From the sequence record NC_042093.1: a stretch of DNA of 64,000 nucleotides; one strand, 5' to 3'. The DNA comes from Klebsiella phage Sugarland. A model generated the notes under the pieces. The model was not told the origin of the DNA and searched no databases. It saw nothing but the letters and a program-made list of their open reading frames with translations. Positions 27,876-36,732 of this stretch are shown here, one piece after another. The position numbers and the translations under genes are program-made. Positions within the stretch are counted from its first letter, which is position 1; every line of letters starts with the position of its first letter.

Positions 27876-28104
27876 GCAGCTCTACATAAGAGATGTTCTT
27901 TCTTTCTTTATACTCTGGCTTACCATACATACCGTGCACTTCTACCACTTTGGCGCGACGAGGATTATTAAACATAACGTTCCCAGGTATGACCACTACA
28001 TCACCTATTTCCGGGGAGTATTTCCAATAACTAGGTACGCGGTAAACATATGTTCTGTTACTGTTGGAGAACTTAATTCCAACGTGGCGAGTAGTTGAAG
28101 CCAT
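27838..28104 (-). CDS. hypothetical protein
   Basis: 88 aa. Confidence 0.45.
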   Translation of the reverse strand: MASTTRHVGIKFSNSNRTYVYRVPSYWKYSPEIGDVVVIPGNVMFNNPRRAKVVEVHGMYGKPEYKERKNISYVELHDYLPKEERNGR

Positions 28105-28453
28105 GATATAAAGCCTTAGCCGCCTGCCGCGGCATGTTAAGTTTTTCAGCCAGTTCAGACCAGAAGTCTTTACCGCTTACCATGTTATATGCTACGATGT
28201 TCCCATCGAAATCTTTGAGACGCTCGGCCTCTGCCTCTAGAGCCGGTCGGTTCTTTTCAACTTCGAGCTGGAACTCATTCAGACGCATGAAGTTACTTTT
28301 GTCGCCTAGAAAACGGACGTAGGCTCCGGCAACACCATCTATTGAGGAGGCACCGCATTTACAGGTCTGCATTTTGTGGTCGACCAGCTCCAGGGTGTCA
28401 CGGCAGCATTTTACGAAATATACAACTTTACTCATAATCATTATATCCTTCAA
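28073..28453 (-). CDS. hypothetical protein with Cys cluster
   Basis: 126 aa. Confidence 0.5.
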   Translation of the reverse strand: MKDIMIMSKVVYFVKCCRDTLELVDHKMQTCKCGASSIDGVAGAYVRFLGDKSNFMRLNEFQLEVEKNRPALEAEAERLKDFDGNIVAYNMVSGKDFWSELAEKLNMPRQAAKALYHGFNYSPRWN

Positions 28454-28655
28454 CTGTAAACCAGCGTTTAACTTGTGTGAAGCTCACCCAAATGCCCTCA
28501 TTTGCGTCGCTTCGTACTTTGTAGCCTGCTCTACTATCGTGTAGCTCGACGAAATAGAGCTTACCCGGGGTGAAGTATTGGAACTTGTGCCCCCCAACAA
28601 TTTTATACTGGAGGCCAACTCCAGGAGTGAAGCGTAAGAGACTAGCTTTCACCAT
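28428..28655 (-). CDS. small hypothetical protein
   Basis: start moved to MVKASLLRF with SD CTGGAGAAGAAAT. Confidence 0.4.
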   Translation of the reverse strand: MVKASLLRFTPGVGLQYKIVGGHKFQYFTPGKLYFVELHDSRAGYKVRSDANEGIWVSFTQVKRWFTVEGYNDYE

Positions 28656-29184
28656 ATTTCTTCTCCAGGCGTTTTTCACGCAGTTCGGCTTTTCTCTTGG
28701 CCACACGTTCCCGCAGTGTGCCGTGTTCTTTCTCATAGCGCAGGTGATGCTTGTTAAAATCACGCTTCATACGAACAGTATGCCAGTACTCTTGGCTAGC
28801 AATGAAGATAGCCGGGCGAGACAGCCTAGGAACATCGTATAGCTCGAACATGCGCTTCATTTCTTTATATTCGGCATAGTTCATAATACGATCACCGGGA
28901 GCAATCTGCTTGTCCCAAACCCACTTTTCGTGCTCCCAATCCGTATAGAACGCTCTGATAACGCCAGGAGTTACTTCAATTTCGTACCACGCCGTCTTAG
29001 ATACACGATCGTGATACAGCCCTGGGCGGCTGAATACGGGGTTTCGCTCTTTTTCTCGCCAATCATAAAACGTACCGTCTAGTGCTTGCTCAACAGTGCG
29101 TCGAGTTGCCTTGCCCCAGATATAGAAGGAATCAACAAGGCTAGAGCGAAAGACTCGGATACCACGTAGAGATTGCTTATTCAT
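28642..29184 (-). CDS. hypothetical basic protein
   Basis: 180 aa. Confidence 0.5.
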   Translation of the reverse strand: MNKQSLRGIRVFRSSLVDSFYIWGKATRRTVEQALDGTFYDWREKERNPVFSRPGLYHDRVSKTAWYEIEVTPGVIRAFYTDWEHEKWVWDKQIAPGDRIMNYAEYKEMKRMFELYDVPRLSRPAIFIASQEYWHTVRMKRDFNKHHLRYEKEHGTLRERVAKRKAELREKRLEKKYGES

Positions 29185-29456
29185 TATTTGATCCCCAATG
29201 CGAGAAGATGGTTGGACAGCTTATCCAGGGCTTCCAGAGCAGCTTTATTGTTTTCGCTCAAGTTGCTAATAGTCTTCTGGAGACTATCAATAACAAAGTC
29301 CCGAACTGCTAACTCCGCAGCAATCGCAGACTTACTATTAAGCCCTTCGGCGGTCATTGCGTTGACGTGTCGGGTATAATAACCACCAGCGAAATCCAGC
29401 TCGTCAATAGCACGTTCAGCGTAATGCAATTCATTCAGTTCATTGAGTTCGTTCAT
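29184..29456 (-). CDS. hypothetical protein
   Basis: 90 aa. Confidence 0.45.
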   Translation of the reverse strand: MNELNELNELHYAERAIDELDFAGGYYTRHVNAMTAEGLNSKSAIAAELAVRDFVIDSLQKTISNLSENNKAALEALDKLSNHLLALGIK

Positions 29457-29459
29457 TGA

Positions 29460-29678
29460 TTACTCCTTATCCATCATTTCGAGGCGTTCTTTGACGTACA
29501 CCAGCCTGTTGTGTTGTTCTTTAGCTAACTCTGCTAATCTGTAGATATCCGCCACTAACTGCATTGTATGGTCGTCCATACCCTCAGGTGGAAGCGTATC
29601 TGCATACGCAGTACAGATAGCAATAAACTCTTCTGTGTTTTCCATTGTTACTTTCATCTTGGAAATCTCTCTCATCAA
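29460..29678 (-). CDS. hypothetical protein
   Basis: 72 aa; promoter just upstream. Confidence 0.45.
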   Translation of the reverse strand: MMREISKMKVTMENTEEFIAICTAYADTLPPEGMDDHTMQLVADIYRLAELAKEQHNRLVYVKERLEMMDKE

Positions 29679-29689
29679 TTTATAAATCT

Positions 29690-29718
29690 ATTATACGGCA
29701 AAATTGGCATTTTTGCAA
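29690..29718 (-). promoter_or_regulatory. early promoter TTGCAA-17-TATAAT
   Basis: minus strand. Confidence 0.5.
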
Positions 29719-29739
29719 GTGAATTTATAAAGAAAAAGC

Positions 29740-29775
29740 CCCTCGCTCAAAGAGACAAGGGGCTTTTATTTAGAG
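29740..29775. terminator. bidirectional intrinsic terminator
   Basis: AAGCCCCTCGCTCAAAGAGACAAGGGGCTT with T-runs on both strands. Confidence 0.55.
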
Positions 29776-29958
29776 GTCAGGAGGTGCCTCAGTGTTCTTT
29801 TCTAAGGATTTTTGTGCCCTCAGAACAATCTGGTTTATTTGCTCCAGAGAGTCGAAGGAAAGTTGCAGGCCATGACCTTCATCGGTGGCTTGTATGAATA
29901 AAACTCTCTTAGAGGCGTCTACGAAGACTTGAAATTCTTGTTCCACTTTACTCTCCAA
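29770..29958 (-). CDS. small hypothetical protein
   Basis: 62 aa. Confidence 0.35.
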   Translation of the reverse strand: MESKVEQEFQVFVDASKRVLFIQATDEGHGLQLSFDSLEQINQIVLRAQKSLEKNTEAPPDL

Positions 29959-30328
29959 AAATAATTACAGGACACTGGTTTTCTCTGGCTATACGAACCA
30001 CGTAAGCGTTTACGCCATATTTAATAGCTAAGCTAGGCTCGTCAAACATGATGCAGCTGAATCGACGACCTATGCGGTAGGTTTCTAGCATGCTATACGT
30101 TGTAATTTTAACGTGAGGTTGAAGTTCATTATACTTCTTCTCTAGGCGTGCCATCTCACGGACGCCGGATGCTACATATACTGCTTGAATACCTTTAAAT
30201 ACTGCAAACTCATAGGCTGTATTAATAGCCTCAAACGTCTTGCCAGTAGCTCGTCCCGGATCTACTGATAGAGGCCAACGAAGGTCAAGTTCTAGGAACC
30301 TGAATAGTTGGTTACGATCTATGTACAT
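29948..30328 (-). CDS. mini P-loop NTPase-like protein
   Basis: Walker A DPGRATGKTF and Walker-B-like CIMFDEP in 126 aa. Confidence 0.5.
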   Translation of the reverse strand: MYIDRNQLFRFLELDLRWPLSVDPGRATGKTFEAINTAYEFAVFKGIQAVYVASGVREMARLEKKYNELQPHVKITTYSMLETYRIGRRFSCIMFDEPSLAIKYGVNAYVVRIARENQCPVIIFGE

Positions 30329-30681
30329 GCTGGCTCCTTAAACCAAACAATGCGAAAACCTGTCTCGTCCTCTAGAGCCTGTACTATTTGCTCTAGTGTC
30401 AGAACCTTATCGGACGAGAATGTCCAGAGAAACTGTTGGAGTTCATTCCAAGACTCGGCCTCCATAATCGGAACACCGATTTCCTGGCCGAAATACTCAT
30501 CAGTACCACGAACGTCAATGCGACCACCGGCATATCGTTTGGCAAATACTTTTCGAGTTAGTTGCCCGCCATCTGCAAAACGATTCGGCTCGGTTACTTC
30601 CGTATACGGAATACCCATACGGGTGTACCAATTGTTGGAGACTGGCCCCATAAAATTGGTGCTATAAGTGATCATGATCAC
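30319..30681 (-). CDS. hypothetical protein
   Basis: 120 aa. Confidence 0.5.
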   Translation of the reverse strand: MIMITYSTNFMGPVSNNWYTRMGIPYTEVTEPNRFADGGQLTRKVFAKRYAGGRIDVRGTDEYFGQEIGVPIMEAESWNELQQFLWTFSSDKVLTLEQIVQALEDETGFRIVWFKEPACT

Positions 30682-30691
30682 TCCTTTAAAC

Positions 30692-30767
30692 TGGCAAACC
30701 CCAGGAGACTCGAACTCCTACTGCACGGTTTTGGAGACCGGCGTGCTGTCCAGTAACACTCGGGGAA
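30692..30767 (-). tRNA. tRNA-like, probable pseudo-tRNA (Trp-like loop CTCCAAA, anticodon CCA); 5' acceptor strand does not pair
   Basis: T-arm AGGAG-TTCGAGT-CTCCT, D-arm and 3' CCA present; abutted on 5' side by ORF 30773..30964. Confidence 0.35.
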
Positions 30768-30772
30768 TAGAA

Positions 30773-30964
30773 TTAGCTGCCGTGGTAGACAGATACTGTC
30801 TTACCGTTCTGATTCATAACGTAAGCTACCTCATCCTCTTTCAAGAAGATATGCTGATCAAGACCGGCAATAGAGATGCTCTTCTGCTTAGGATTAAACC
30901 CAACGCTTGAACCATCGTGAATTTCTTCGCCACCGTTAGGTGACATTACTTTAACTGTTAACAT
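30773..30964 (-). CDS. small hypothetical protein
   Basis: 63 aa. Confidence 0.4.
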   Translation of the reverse strand: MLTVKVMSPNGGEEIHDGSSVGFNPKQKSISIAGLDQHIFLKEDEVAYVMNQNGKTVSVYHGS

Positions 30965-31162
30965 TTGCTTCTCCTATAGTTTGCCATCTCTGGCTGTTAA
31001 GTGACGTCCTAACTACTGTAGAGTCGAGTTCCAGGCAGACGTCGGCACCCTGGACTACATTGGCTCTAGAACAGAGAAATTAGATCGATAAAACGGCCTT
31101 ACCGGCTCCCAGTTCCTTGTTTAATTCCCCGCAACGTCAGGGGACGGTCATTTTATCGAATT

Positions 31163-31238
31163 TGGAGCGACTAGGGGGAATCGAACCCCACTCAGTACCG
31201 CTTGGAAGGCGGACGCTGTAACCCGTACAGTTAGTCGC
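31163..31238 (-). tRNA. tRNA-Gly (anticodon TCC)
   Basis: acceptor GCGACTA/TAGTCGC, T-loop GGTTCGATTCC, loop CTTCCAA, CCA encoded. Confidence 0.7.
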
Positions 31239-31242
31239 GAAA

Positions 31243-31316
31243 TGGTGCCCCTTGATGGAATCGAACCACCAAAGGCTGCTTACAAGGCAGCTGTTATGCC
31301 ATTTAACTAAAGAGGC
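31243..31316 (-). tRNA. tRNA-Thr (anticodon TGT)
   Basis: acceptor GCCTCTT/AAGGGGC, stem GCTGC/GCAGC, loop CTTGTAA. Confidence 0.65.
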
Positions 31317-31321
31317 AAAAT

Positions 31322-31399
31322 TGGTCTCCCCGGTAGGATTTGAACCTACGACCCGATGCATCCAAGGCACCCACGCTGACCAGGCTGCGCTACGGAGAG
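31322..31399 (-). tRNA. tRNA-Pro (anticodon TGG)
   Basis: acceptor CTCTCCG/CGGGGAG, T-loop GGTTCAAATCC, loop CTTGGAT. Confidence 0.6.
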
Positions 31400-31909
31400 T
31401 TATCTGTAAACTGCAAGTTCTTTCATCTTACGGATGATTAATTCTTTAGGAGCGGAAATCCACTCATTGGAGTGTTCAAAACTATCCAGCACCAATTTTT
31501 CATCTCGTCTACGATCGAAGCTAAAGAAGTAAAACTCCAGGGTGTAATCTCGTGCAGGAGAGTACGTCTGGTAAGAATTTAATCGATCTATTACGTCAAT
31601 AGCGGAACCTACTTTAAAACTGTCCCAGGCAGGGTTAGATACTAAGTAAACATACCCGGCATTCAGCCCCTTAGCCTGATTTTCCTTATGGTAAAACTTT
31701 AGTAGGTCTCTAGCCACAATTTGGCAGAAATGTTTTGTATTTCTACGGTATGAACTAGAACCTTTCACATGGGAGGTAGTACGGAAGTACTCTTTATTCG
31801 TAATATTCTCTACTATGAATAGTACGTTTTCCTCGGTAATATCCGGAGTTATAAACCCCGCATCAATAAGCTCTTTTAGCTTATTGGACTCCCCTTTACC
31901 ATGCTTCAT
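31400..31909 (-). CDS. GIY-YIG homing endonuclease
   Basis: GYVYLVSNPAWDSFKVGSA...R...Y...N motif pattern; stop codon directly abuts tRNA-Pro 5' end. Confidence 0.65.
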   Translation of the reverse strand: MKHGKGESNKLKELIDAGFITPDITEENVLFIVENITNKEYFRTTSHVKGSSSYRRNTKHFCQIVARDLLKFYHKENQAKGLNAGYVYLVSNPAWDSFKVGSAIDVIDRLNSYQTYSPARDYTLEFYFFSFDRRRDEKLVLDSFEHSNEWISAPKELIIRKMKELAVYR

Positions 31910-31928
31910 ATTTCTAACCCTATAAAAT

Positions 31929-32051
31929 TGGATACGGGAGTAGGACTCGAACCTACCATCACCTGTGCGGAATTACGAGACCATTTATTTACGGAATCGA
32001 ACCGTATCTCAACCCAAGCCAGGCCGGCTTCCCCATCAGTCGTGCCCCGTA
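31929..32051 (-). ncRNA. anomalous 123-nt tRNA-like element with two T-arm motifs and terminal acceptor pairing TACGGGG/TCCCGTA plus CCA
   Basis: contains GGTTCGATTCC and GGTTCGAGTCC; too long for a single tRNA. Confidence 0.35.
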
Positions 32052-32054
32052 ATT

Positions 32055-32132
32055 TGGTACCCACTCCCGGACTCGAACCGGGAACCCTGAAGTCTTAAGC
32101 CTCATGCCTCTACCAGATTGGACCAAGTGGGT
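32055..32132 (-). tRNA. tRNA (anticodon loop CTTAAGA, possibly Leu-TAA; assignment uncertain)
   Basis: perfect acceptor ACCCACT/AGTGGGT, T-arm CCCGG-TTCGAGT-CCGGG, CCA. Confidence 0.55.
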
Positions 32133-32282
32133 ATTAATCGTTATCCAAGTAGGCTTCTATAGCCTCTAGGGCTTCTAGAGTAGAGATATTGAATCTCTCT
32201 TTAAGCACTACCACTAGAGTTTCCTGATTCCAGGAATCTACGGAATTAATGTAATTCTCGATGAAATTAGAGTAGCCACCCA

Positions 32283-32621
32283 TTATCGAATCTCCAGACC
32301 TTGGAAATACCGCGGGAATGGGCTGCCTACCTCAAAGTTGATGCCCCAGTTGAGTTCCACCAGCTCTGACTTGTCTAAAAGCAGATCATTGCCTTCAAAG
32401 ATGTAACCATATACAGTTGGGAACATCGCCGCTAGATCCTCCATATTGGAGTAAGCATTATGCTCTTCACGGAATTGCTCAAACTCTTCAAAGAACTTCT
32501 CAAGGAAGAACTCTGGTACAATGAACGTTACAACGTCAGTGCTGTCATCAATACGATAGACCGTTGCCTGGAATAGGCCGACACCGACCAGGTTGATAGC
32601 AGGAGTAGTAAAGATATCCAT
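32283..32621 (-). CDS. hypothetical protein
   Basis: 112 aa. Confidence 0.5.
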   Translation of the reverse strand: MDIFTTPAINLVGVGLFQATVYRIDDSTDVVTFIVPEFFLEKFFEEFEQFREEHNAYSNMEDLAAMFPTVYGYIFEGNDLLLDKSELVELNWGINFEVGSPFPRYFQGLEIR

Positions 32622-32623
32622 TA

Positions 32624-32818
32624 TTAATATACCTTGATTAAAGTATTGTCAATGGTGTTCAGGAACTTAACTGCTGCGTCTCTATTAGAGAATGTCTCCA
32701 GCACGATAATGTTGTTCTCAGGATCACCGTTACGCACTCGTACCTGGTACGATACAATCACTTCCCAGCGGAACCATAAAGCTCGTGGATTATATCGCAT
32801 AAGAATTTTTTGATTCAT
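32624..32818 (-). CDS. small hypothetical protein
   Basis: start moved to MNQKILMRY (SD GAGAGGG) because promoter 32840-32868 lies inside the track ORF extension. Confidence 0.45.
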   Translation of the reverse strand: MNQKILMRYNPRALWFRWEVIVSYQVRVRNGDPENNIIVLETFSNRDAAVKFLNTIDNTLIKVY

Positions 32819-32839
32819 TTGGTAAGCCCTCTCATCAAT

Positions 32840-32868
32840 GTATATAAACATTATACAAGAAATAAGAG
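32840..32868 (-). promoter_or_regulatory. early promoter TTGCTA-17-TATAAT
   Basis: minus strand. Confidence 0.55.
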
Positions 32869-33123
32869 CGTTTAGCAAATGAATTTTTCGAACTTTCGGG
32901 AAAATGCCACCCTAAGTCAATGCCACTACTTGAGACGTTATAGGCAATCTATCTCAAGTTGTCTGCCCCATTGCTTTCAGTGATTTCTGCACGCAGAAAT
33001 TCTTCTTGACTGGAGGACTTTACCACGTCAAACGGCCGGAAATCGGTGGCTTATTTTATCCTGTCACCCATCACCTGCTTGTCTGAGTTTAATCAGAGAG
33101 CCTGTAACGGGCTACTTGGGATT

Positions 33124-33258
33124 TGGAAGTATCAGTTGGATTCGAACCAACGCACCGGCTAACCTAGAGATCACCAGACGTTTCCAAGTCTGCTCACTAA
33201 CGGCCAGCTGCTTTACCGTGAGCTTTAGGACTATTCAGCTCCATAAGCTATTGATACT
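33124..33258 (-). ncRNA. tRNA-like 3' half (T-arm GTTGG-TTCGAAT-CCAAC, CCA); 5' partner AGTATCA lies 135 nt away
   Basis: D-arm-like AGCT/AGCT near the distant 5' end; structure unresolved. Confidence 0.3.
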
Positions 33259-33265
33259 ATTAATT

Positions 33266-33343
33266 TGGTGCAACCGGTTCGATTTGAACGAACGACCCCT
33301 GGACTTTCAAACCAGTGCTCTCACCTCGCTGAGCTACAGTTGC
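33266..33343 (-). tRNA. tRNA-Phe (anticodon GAA)
   Basis: acceptor GCAACTG/CGGTTGC, D-arm GCTC/GAGC, T-loop GTTCGTTCAAATCGAAC. Confidence 0.65.
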
Positions 33344-33518
33344 GTAATTCGTGCCTGCTCCTTTGAATCAAGAAGTCCACCCCGGTCTTTGGGTCTTTGC
33401 AGTACATCACGCTGCTCTGATGTTTGGTGGAACTTGGGAGACTACGTGCTACTCCCCTCACAGACCGGGATTCCCCGCTATCTATGATGCTTAACCGATT
33501 AGCTGAAGTCCCATAATG

Positions 33519-33594
33519 TGGTAGACCGCCCGGGACTCGAACCCGGAACCTATCGCTTAAAAGGCGAGTGCTCTAACCATTGAGCTAGCGATCT
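33519..33594 (-). tRNA. tRNA-Lys (anticodon TTT)
   Basis: acceptor AGATCGC/GCGGTCT, D-arm GCTC-AATGGTTA-GAGC, loop CTTTTAA. Confidence 0.6.
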
Positions 33595-33824
33595 AAAATA
33601 GTGTTTACTTCCCATACATGAGCATAGCAGCTTTTCGATACTATATGGGTTTCCGCCTCTGTTAAAGCGGCTTCAAATGTATCATGTAACGTTGTACCTT
33701 CGAATTTAATACTTGAATCTCCTGTTTGGGACTCTCTTGTTACAAACGCCTTATACTTAATCATGAGTACCTCTGGTAATTGGAGCACCATCATGGATTT
33801 TAACCATGCTGCGAGGGTTTGCAA
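33585..33824 (-). CDS. small hypothetical ORF overlapping tRNA-Lys 5' end
   Basis: 79 aa; alternative start MIKYKAFV at 33764 with SD AGAGGT. Confidence 0.3.
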   Translation of the reverse strand: MQTLAAWLKSMMVLQLPEVLMIKYKAFVTRESQTGDSSIKFEGTTLHDTFEAALTEAETHIVSKSCYAHVWEVNTILDR

Positions 33825-34082
33825 GCCTCTGCCTAGTCACTCGGCCAATGATGCATTGTTTAATTAGGGCGCACCGGAGTTCCACCGATTGCTAACGCTT
33901 CACTGCAACCTAAGTCGCTGTTCTTACCCTAATACTGTATTACTGACTAGGATTTTCACCTAGACGGAGTTAGCACCGTAGCGTGTAGCGGCATACCTCT
34001 CCAAACCGGGCCACATCTTTCAATTGCGGTGGCAGTATTCCTACGCGTGCCTAGGTTAATTAAATAACCTTTTCAGTAAAAT

Positions 34083-34160
34083 TGGCGGTTCCTGCTGGAC
34101 TTGAACCAGCAACCCTCAACTTAACAAGATGCCGCTCTAACCAATTGGAGCTAAGGAACC
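34083..34160 (-). tRNA. tRNA (possibly Asn, anticodon GTT; anticodon stem imperfect)
   Basis: acceptor GGTTCCT/AGGAACC, D-arm GCTC/GAGC, T-loop GGTTCAAGTCC. Confidence 0.55.
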
Positions 34161-34627
34161 ATAAATTGTTTTAAGCTCTCATCGTTGAGAGAAGTCAACA
34201 ACGAGGCTAAGCTCTGGTCTAGAGTTACCCATTCATGGTCTGCTTTTAATAGACCGTGGAAACTCTTTTCTGCCTTACGAACATCTAACCAAAAAGACCA
34301 GTGGTACATTTTGTAATCTCTTAAAGGTGAGTAAGTTTGATATTGAGCCAACCTTTTGTGTGGCTGAGTGGATAAGCCTAACTTAACCCTGCCCGGCCAG
34401 GCTGGATTTGTGATCGCGTAGAGGAACCCTGCTGTTCCGTCTTTGTACCCAATAGATCTGTTATACTTAATTAGCGATAAAGCAGACAGCTTTAAGCTAT
34501 AGAGCATGTTAGATCGTTTACCAAAGTTGCCAGTACCACACTTTAAACTTTCTAACAGGACTTCTCTCGTTATTTCTATAGGTTGTCCTATTAGGTTAAG
34601 ATGTTGTGTTATTTTATCTGAAAACAT
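34151..34627 (-). CDS. GIY-YIG homing endonuclease (second copy)
   Basis: GFLYAITNPAWPGRVKLGLS...Y motif pattern; 3' end overlaps tRNA 5' end by 10 nt. Confidence 0.6.
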   Translation of the reverse strand: MFSDKITQHLNLIGQPIEITREVLLESLKCGTGNFGKRSNMLYSLKLSALSLIKYNRSIGYKDGTAGFLYAITNPAWPGRVKLGLSTQPHKRLAQYQTYSPLRDYKMYHWSFWLDVRKAEKSFHGLLKADHEWVTLDQSLASLLTSLNDESLKQFMVP

Positions 34628-34643
34628 ACCTATTACCTTAAAT

Positions 34644-34724
34644 TGGTGGGAGATGGAGGACTCGAACCTCCGTGTGGTATACCCGGTCTACAGCCAGGCG
34701 CCGTCGCCGCTGAGCCAATCTCCC
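34644..34724 (-). tRNA. tRNA-Tyr (anticodon GTA), long variable arm
   Basis: acceptor GGGAGAT/ATCTCCC, stem CCTGG/CCGGG, loop CTGTAGA. Confidence 0.65.
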
Positions 34725-34862
34725 GTATTTGAAGAAGCTCTCGTGAGAACCTCTTCAAATACCTCGTCGAAACGAGATATTTGCTAACTTATTGTAACTA
34801 GGGCTGACCCTTGTGTCCGAGGATACCTCTAGACGGTCATATCTCTTAGCCCAGAGAGAATT

Positions 34863-34939
34863 TGGCGCGGCTAACGGGATTCGAACCCGTGGCTCCGACG
34901 TGACAGGCCGGTATGTTGACCGCTGAACACCATAGCCGC
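34863..34939 (-). tRNA. tRNA-Asp (anticodon GTC)
   Basis: acceptor GCGGCTA/TAGCCGC, T-loop GGTTCGAATCC, loop CTGTCAC. Confidence 0.65.
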
Positions 34940-34947
34940 TTAATTTG

Positions 34948-35061
34948 TTATTCCGGTTCGTACTCCATCAGATCATCTGACTCACACGTCGGACACTCCC
35001 AATGGCATTCACTTAACTCACCGCAATCGGAACAAATGTATAACTTAACTTCATCTTCCAT
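34948..35061 (-). CDS. 37-aa zinc-ribbon peptide (CxxC-N8-CxxC)
   Basis: MEDEVKLYICSDCGELSECHWECPTCESDD...; SD AAGAGGAAAAGCAA; own promoter at 35092-35120. Confidence 0.4.
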   Translation of the reverse strand: MEDEVKLYICSDCGELSECHWECPTCESDDLMEYEPE

Positions 35062-35091
35062 TTGCTTTTCCTCTTTCGTTTCAATATAAAT

Positions 35092-35120
35092 ATTATACTA
35101 AATTTCAGGGTACTAGGCAA
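35092..35120 (-). promoter_or_regulatory. early promoter TTGCCT-17-TATAAT
   Basis: minus strand. Confidence 0.45.
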
Positions 35121-35132
35121 ATGAATTTTTCA

Positions 35133-35348
35133 TTAATCGTCTTCTTCGTCCCATGAAAGGGAGTGCATGAAGATCGGTAGAACTGTAGGTTCTACGTCAA
35201 GCGACGGGTAGAAATAAGTTTTACCTTGAGACAGGTCAATGAACGTAGGAGTTCTACCCTCCTGCATGTGTTCATCAACCTTGTCTAGGGCGTCGTTTAA
35301 CAGTTCGAAGCAGTCAGTATTCGCTCCGCAAACAACGATAAAATCCAT
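35133..35348 (-). CDS. small acidic hypothetical protein
   Basis: 71 aa. Confidence 0.4.
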   Translation of the reverse strand: MDFIVVCGANTDCFELLNDALDKVDEHMQEGRTPTFIDLSQGKTYFYPSLDVEPTVLPIFMHSLSWDEEDD

Positions 35349-35725
35349 TAACGACCCCCGTTCGGGAAACCGGAGGCAAGCAGGAAGCGAACAACGTCTT
35401 CCAGCGACGGGCCTTCGCCATCTTCTTCTTCCAGATGGAAAGGCAGAATAGCGTACTGCATGTCAGCTGGTGCTACCGGGGTGAAAGTAGGCTCTGCGGG
35501 AGCTTCCGCCATGAACACTGCGGTTCCGTCAACCAGACGATCGATCGCTTCACAGACTTCTAGCTGCTCTTCGATCTTGGCCTCGCGTTCGCGCATCAGA
35601 GCCAGCAGTTCAGTGCGGTACTCTTCGATACGGCGGTCTAGAGACTCGATGTTATTGGACAGGTTATCCTGTACAATCATCAGGCGGACTACAGCAGAAT
35701 TTCCATTAGTTGGTCGTGTAAACAT
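35348..35725 (-). CDS. coiled-coil hypothetical protein
   Basis: 125 aa. Confidence 0.5.
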   Translation of the reverse strand: MFTRPTNGNSAVVRLMIVQDNLSNNIESLDRRIEEYRTELLALMREREAKIEEQLEVCEAIDRLVDGTAVFMAEAPAEPTFTPVAPADMQYAILPFHLEEEDGEGPSLEDVVRFLLASGFPNGGR

Positions 35726-35745
35726 GATATTTCCTCAGTTAATTG

Positions 35746-36018
35746 TTAGATAAAGTCGCCGGTAGAAACTACCAGTTTAATGCTTTTACGGAAGATTTCG
35801 TTCATACCGTCGTGAACCATTACTGTCCCGACCATTTTTGGAAGATAGACTTCCACGTCAATAGTTCCGTAGGGCATAGCGTGCTCGTCAGTAAGTTTAG
35901 TCCATAACTCCGGCTGAAGCTCGCAGTTATAGAACACCATCCACTCATGATCGCCATCCCATCCGTCCCAGTTAAGAACCAGTGCGGATTCAATACCTGT
36001 TGCAGTAACCTTTGACAT
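35746..36018 (-). CDS. hypothetical protein
   Basis: 90 aa; PN25-like promoter upstream. Confidence 0.5.
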   Translation of the reverse strand: MSKVTATGIESALVLNWDGWDGDHEWMVFYNCELQPELWTKLTDEHAMPYGTIDVEVYLPKMVGTVMVHDGMNEIFRKSIKLVVSTGDFI

Positions 36019-36049
36019 TTGCTAACTCCTCTCATTAGTTTATGAATCT

Positions 36050-36078
36050 ATTATAGCAATTATAAGAGCGTTTAGCAA
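36050..36078 (-). promoter_or_regulatory. PN25-like early promoter TTGCTA-17-TATAAT followed by TATAATAGATTCATAAACTAATGAGAGGAG
   Basis: minus strand. Confidence 0.6.
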
Positions 36079-36652
36079 ATGAATTTTTGAATTATCCGCT
36101 CCGAAGAGCGGTAATCCAGGCTTGCAGCTGTTAGTTACACTTGGTTTGAAGTTTGCGAGTCAAAGCGAAAGGGGGTCTATTCCTTACGGACGAAAGAGTT
36201 CCAAGCGCTGAGAGCTTTCAGGGACTGAAGGTTGATAGCCTCCCCGTTTCTGCAACTAACAAATCTTAACTTGAACGTTTAACGTGGGGATTGATTAGCC
36301 CCACTACACGCTAACCCCGGAAGGGATCGAACCTTCACAAGATAGACCATTTATCTCAGCCTCGTTTTCGGGTATCTTATGCAGAGTGGATGTTCTGCTT
36401 ACGCCCTTTAGGAAGCCCCGTATACCGATTCCGGCACGGCATCAACGCGCTAGGGCAATGACCGTCTAAAGTCCTAGCTTCTACATTTATACTCCTGGAC
36501 GGCATGGAGTCGATTCCCTAGACTTTTACTCAGCATTGCGCCAAAACCTGTAAAGGTAAGGATGGGGTATTCTTACGAATCTGGGATCGTCCCCATCAGA
36601 AATTACAGCTTCTCGGACGTTTGACGGCCCTGACTGAAGTCTCACTGTAAAT

Positions 36653-36728
36653 TGGTACTTGCTACTGATTTTGCACCAGCTACCATCGACGTGTAAAGAC
36701 GATGATCTCCCGATTGAGCTAAGCAAGT
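36653..36728 (-). pseudogene. pseudo-tRNA-Val, degenerate copy of 37227..37302
   Basis: same acceptor and anticodon TAC, but T-loop mutated to TGCAAAA and D-stem GAGC changed to GATC. Confidence 0.5.
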
Positions 36729-36732
36729 ATTT

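Noticed and set aside
31901-32098. 65-aa plus-strand ORF and other ORFs (33116..33487, 38768..39043, 39166..39417, 39222..39407, 39283..39489)
   Set aside because: They are antisense to, or overlap, well-formed tRNA genes. Their amino-acid composition simply reflects tRNA sequence.
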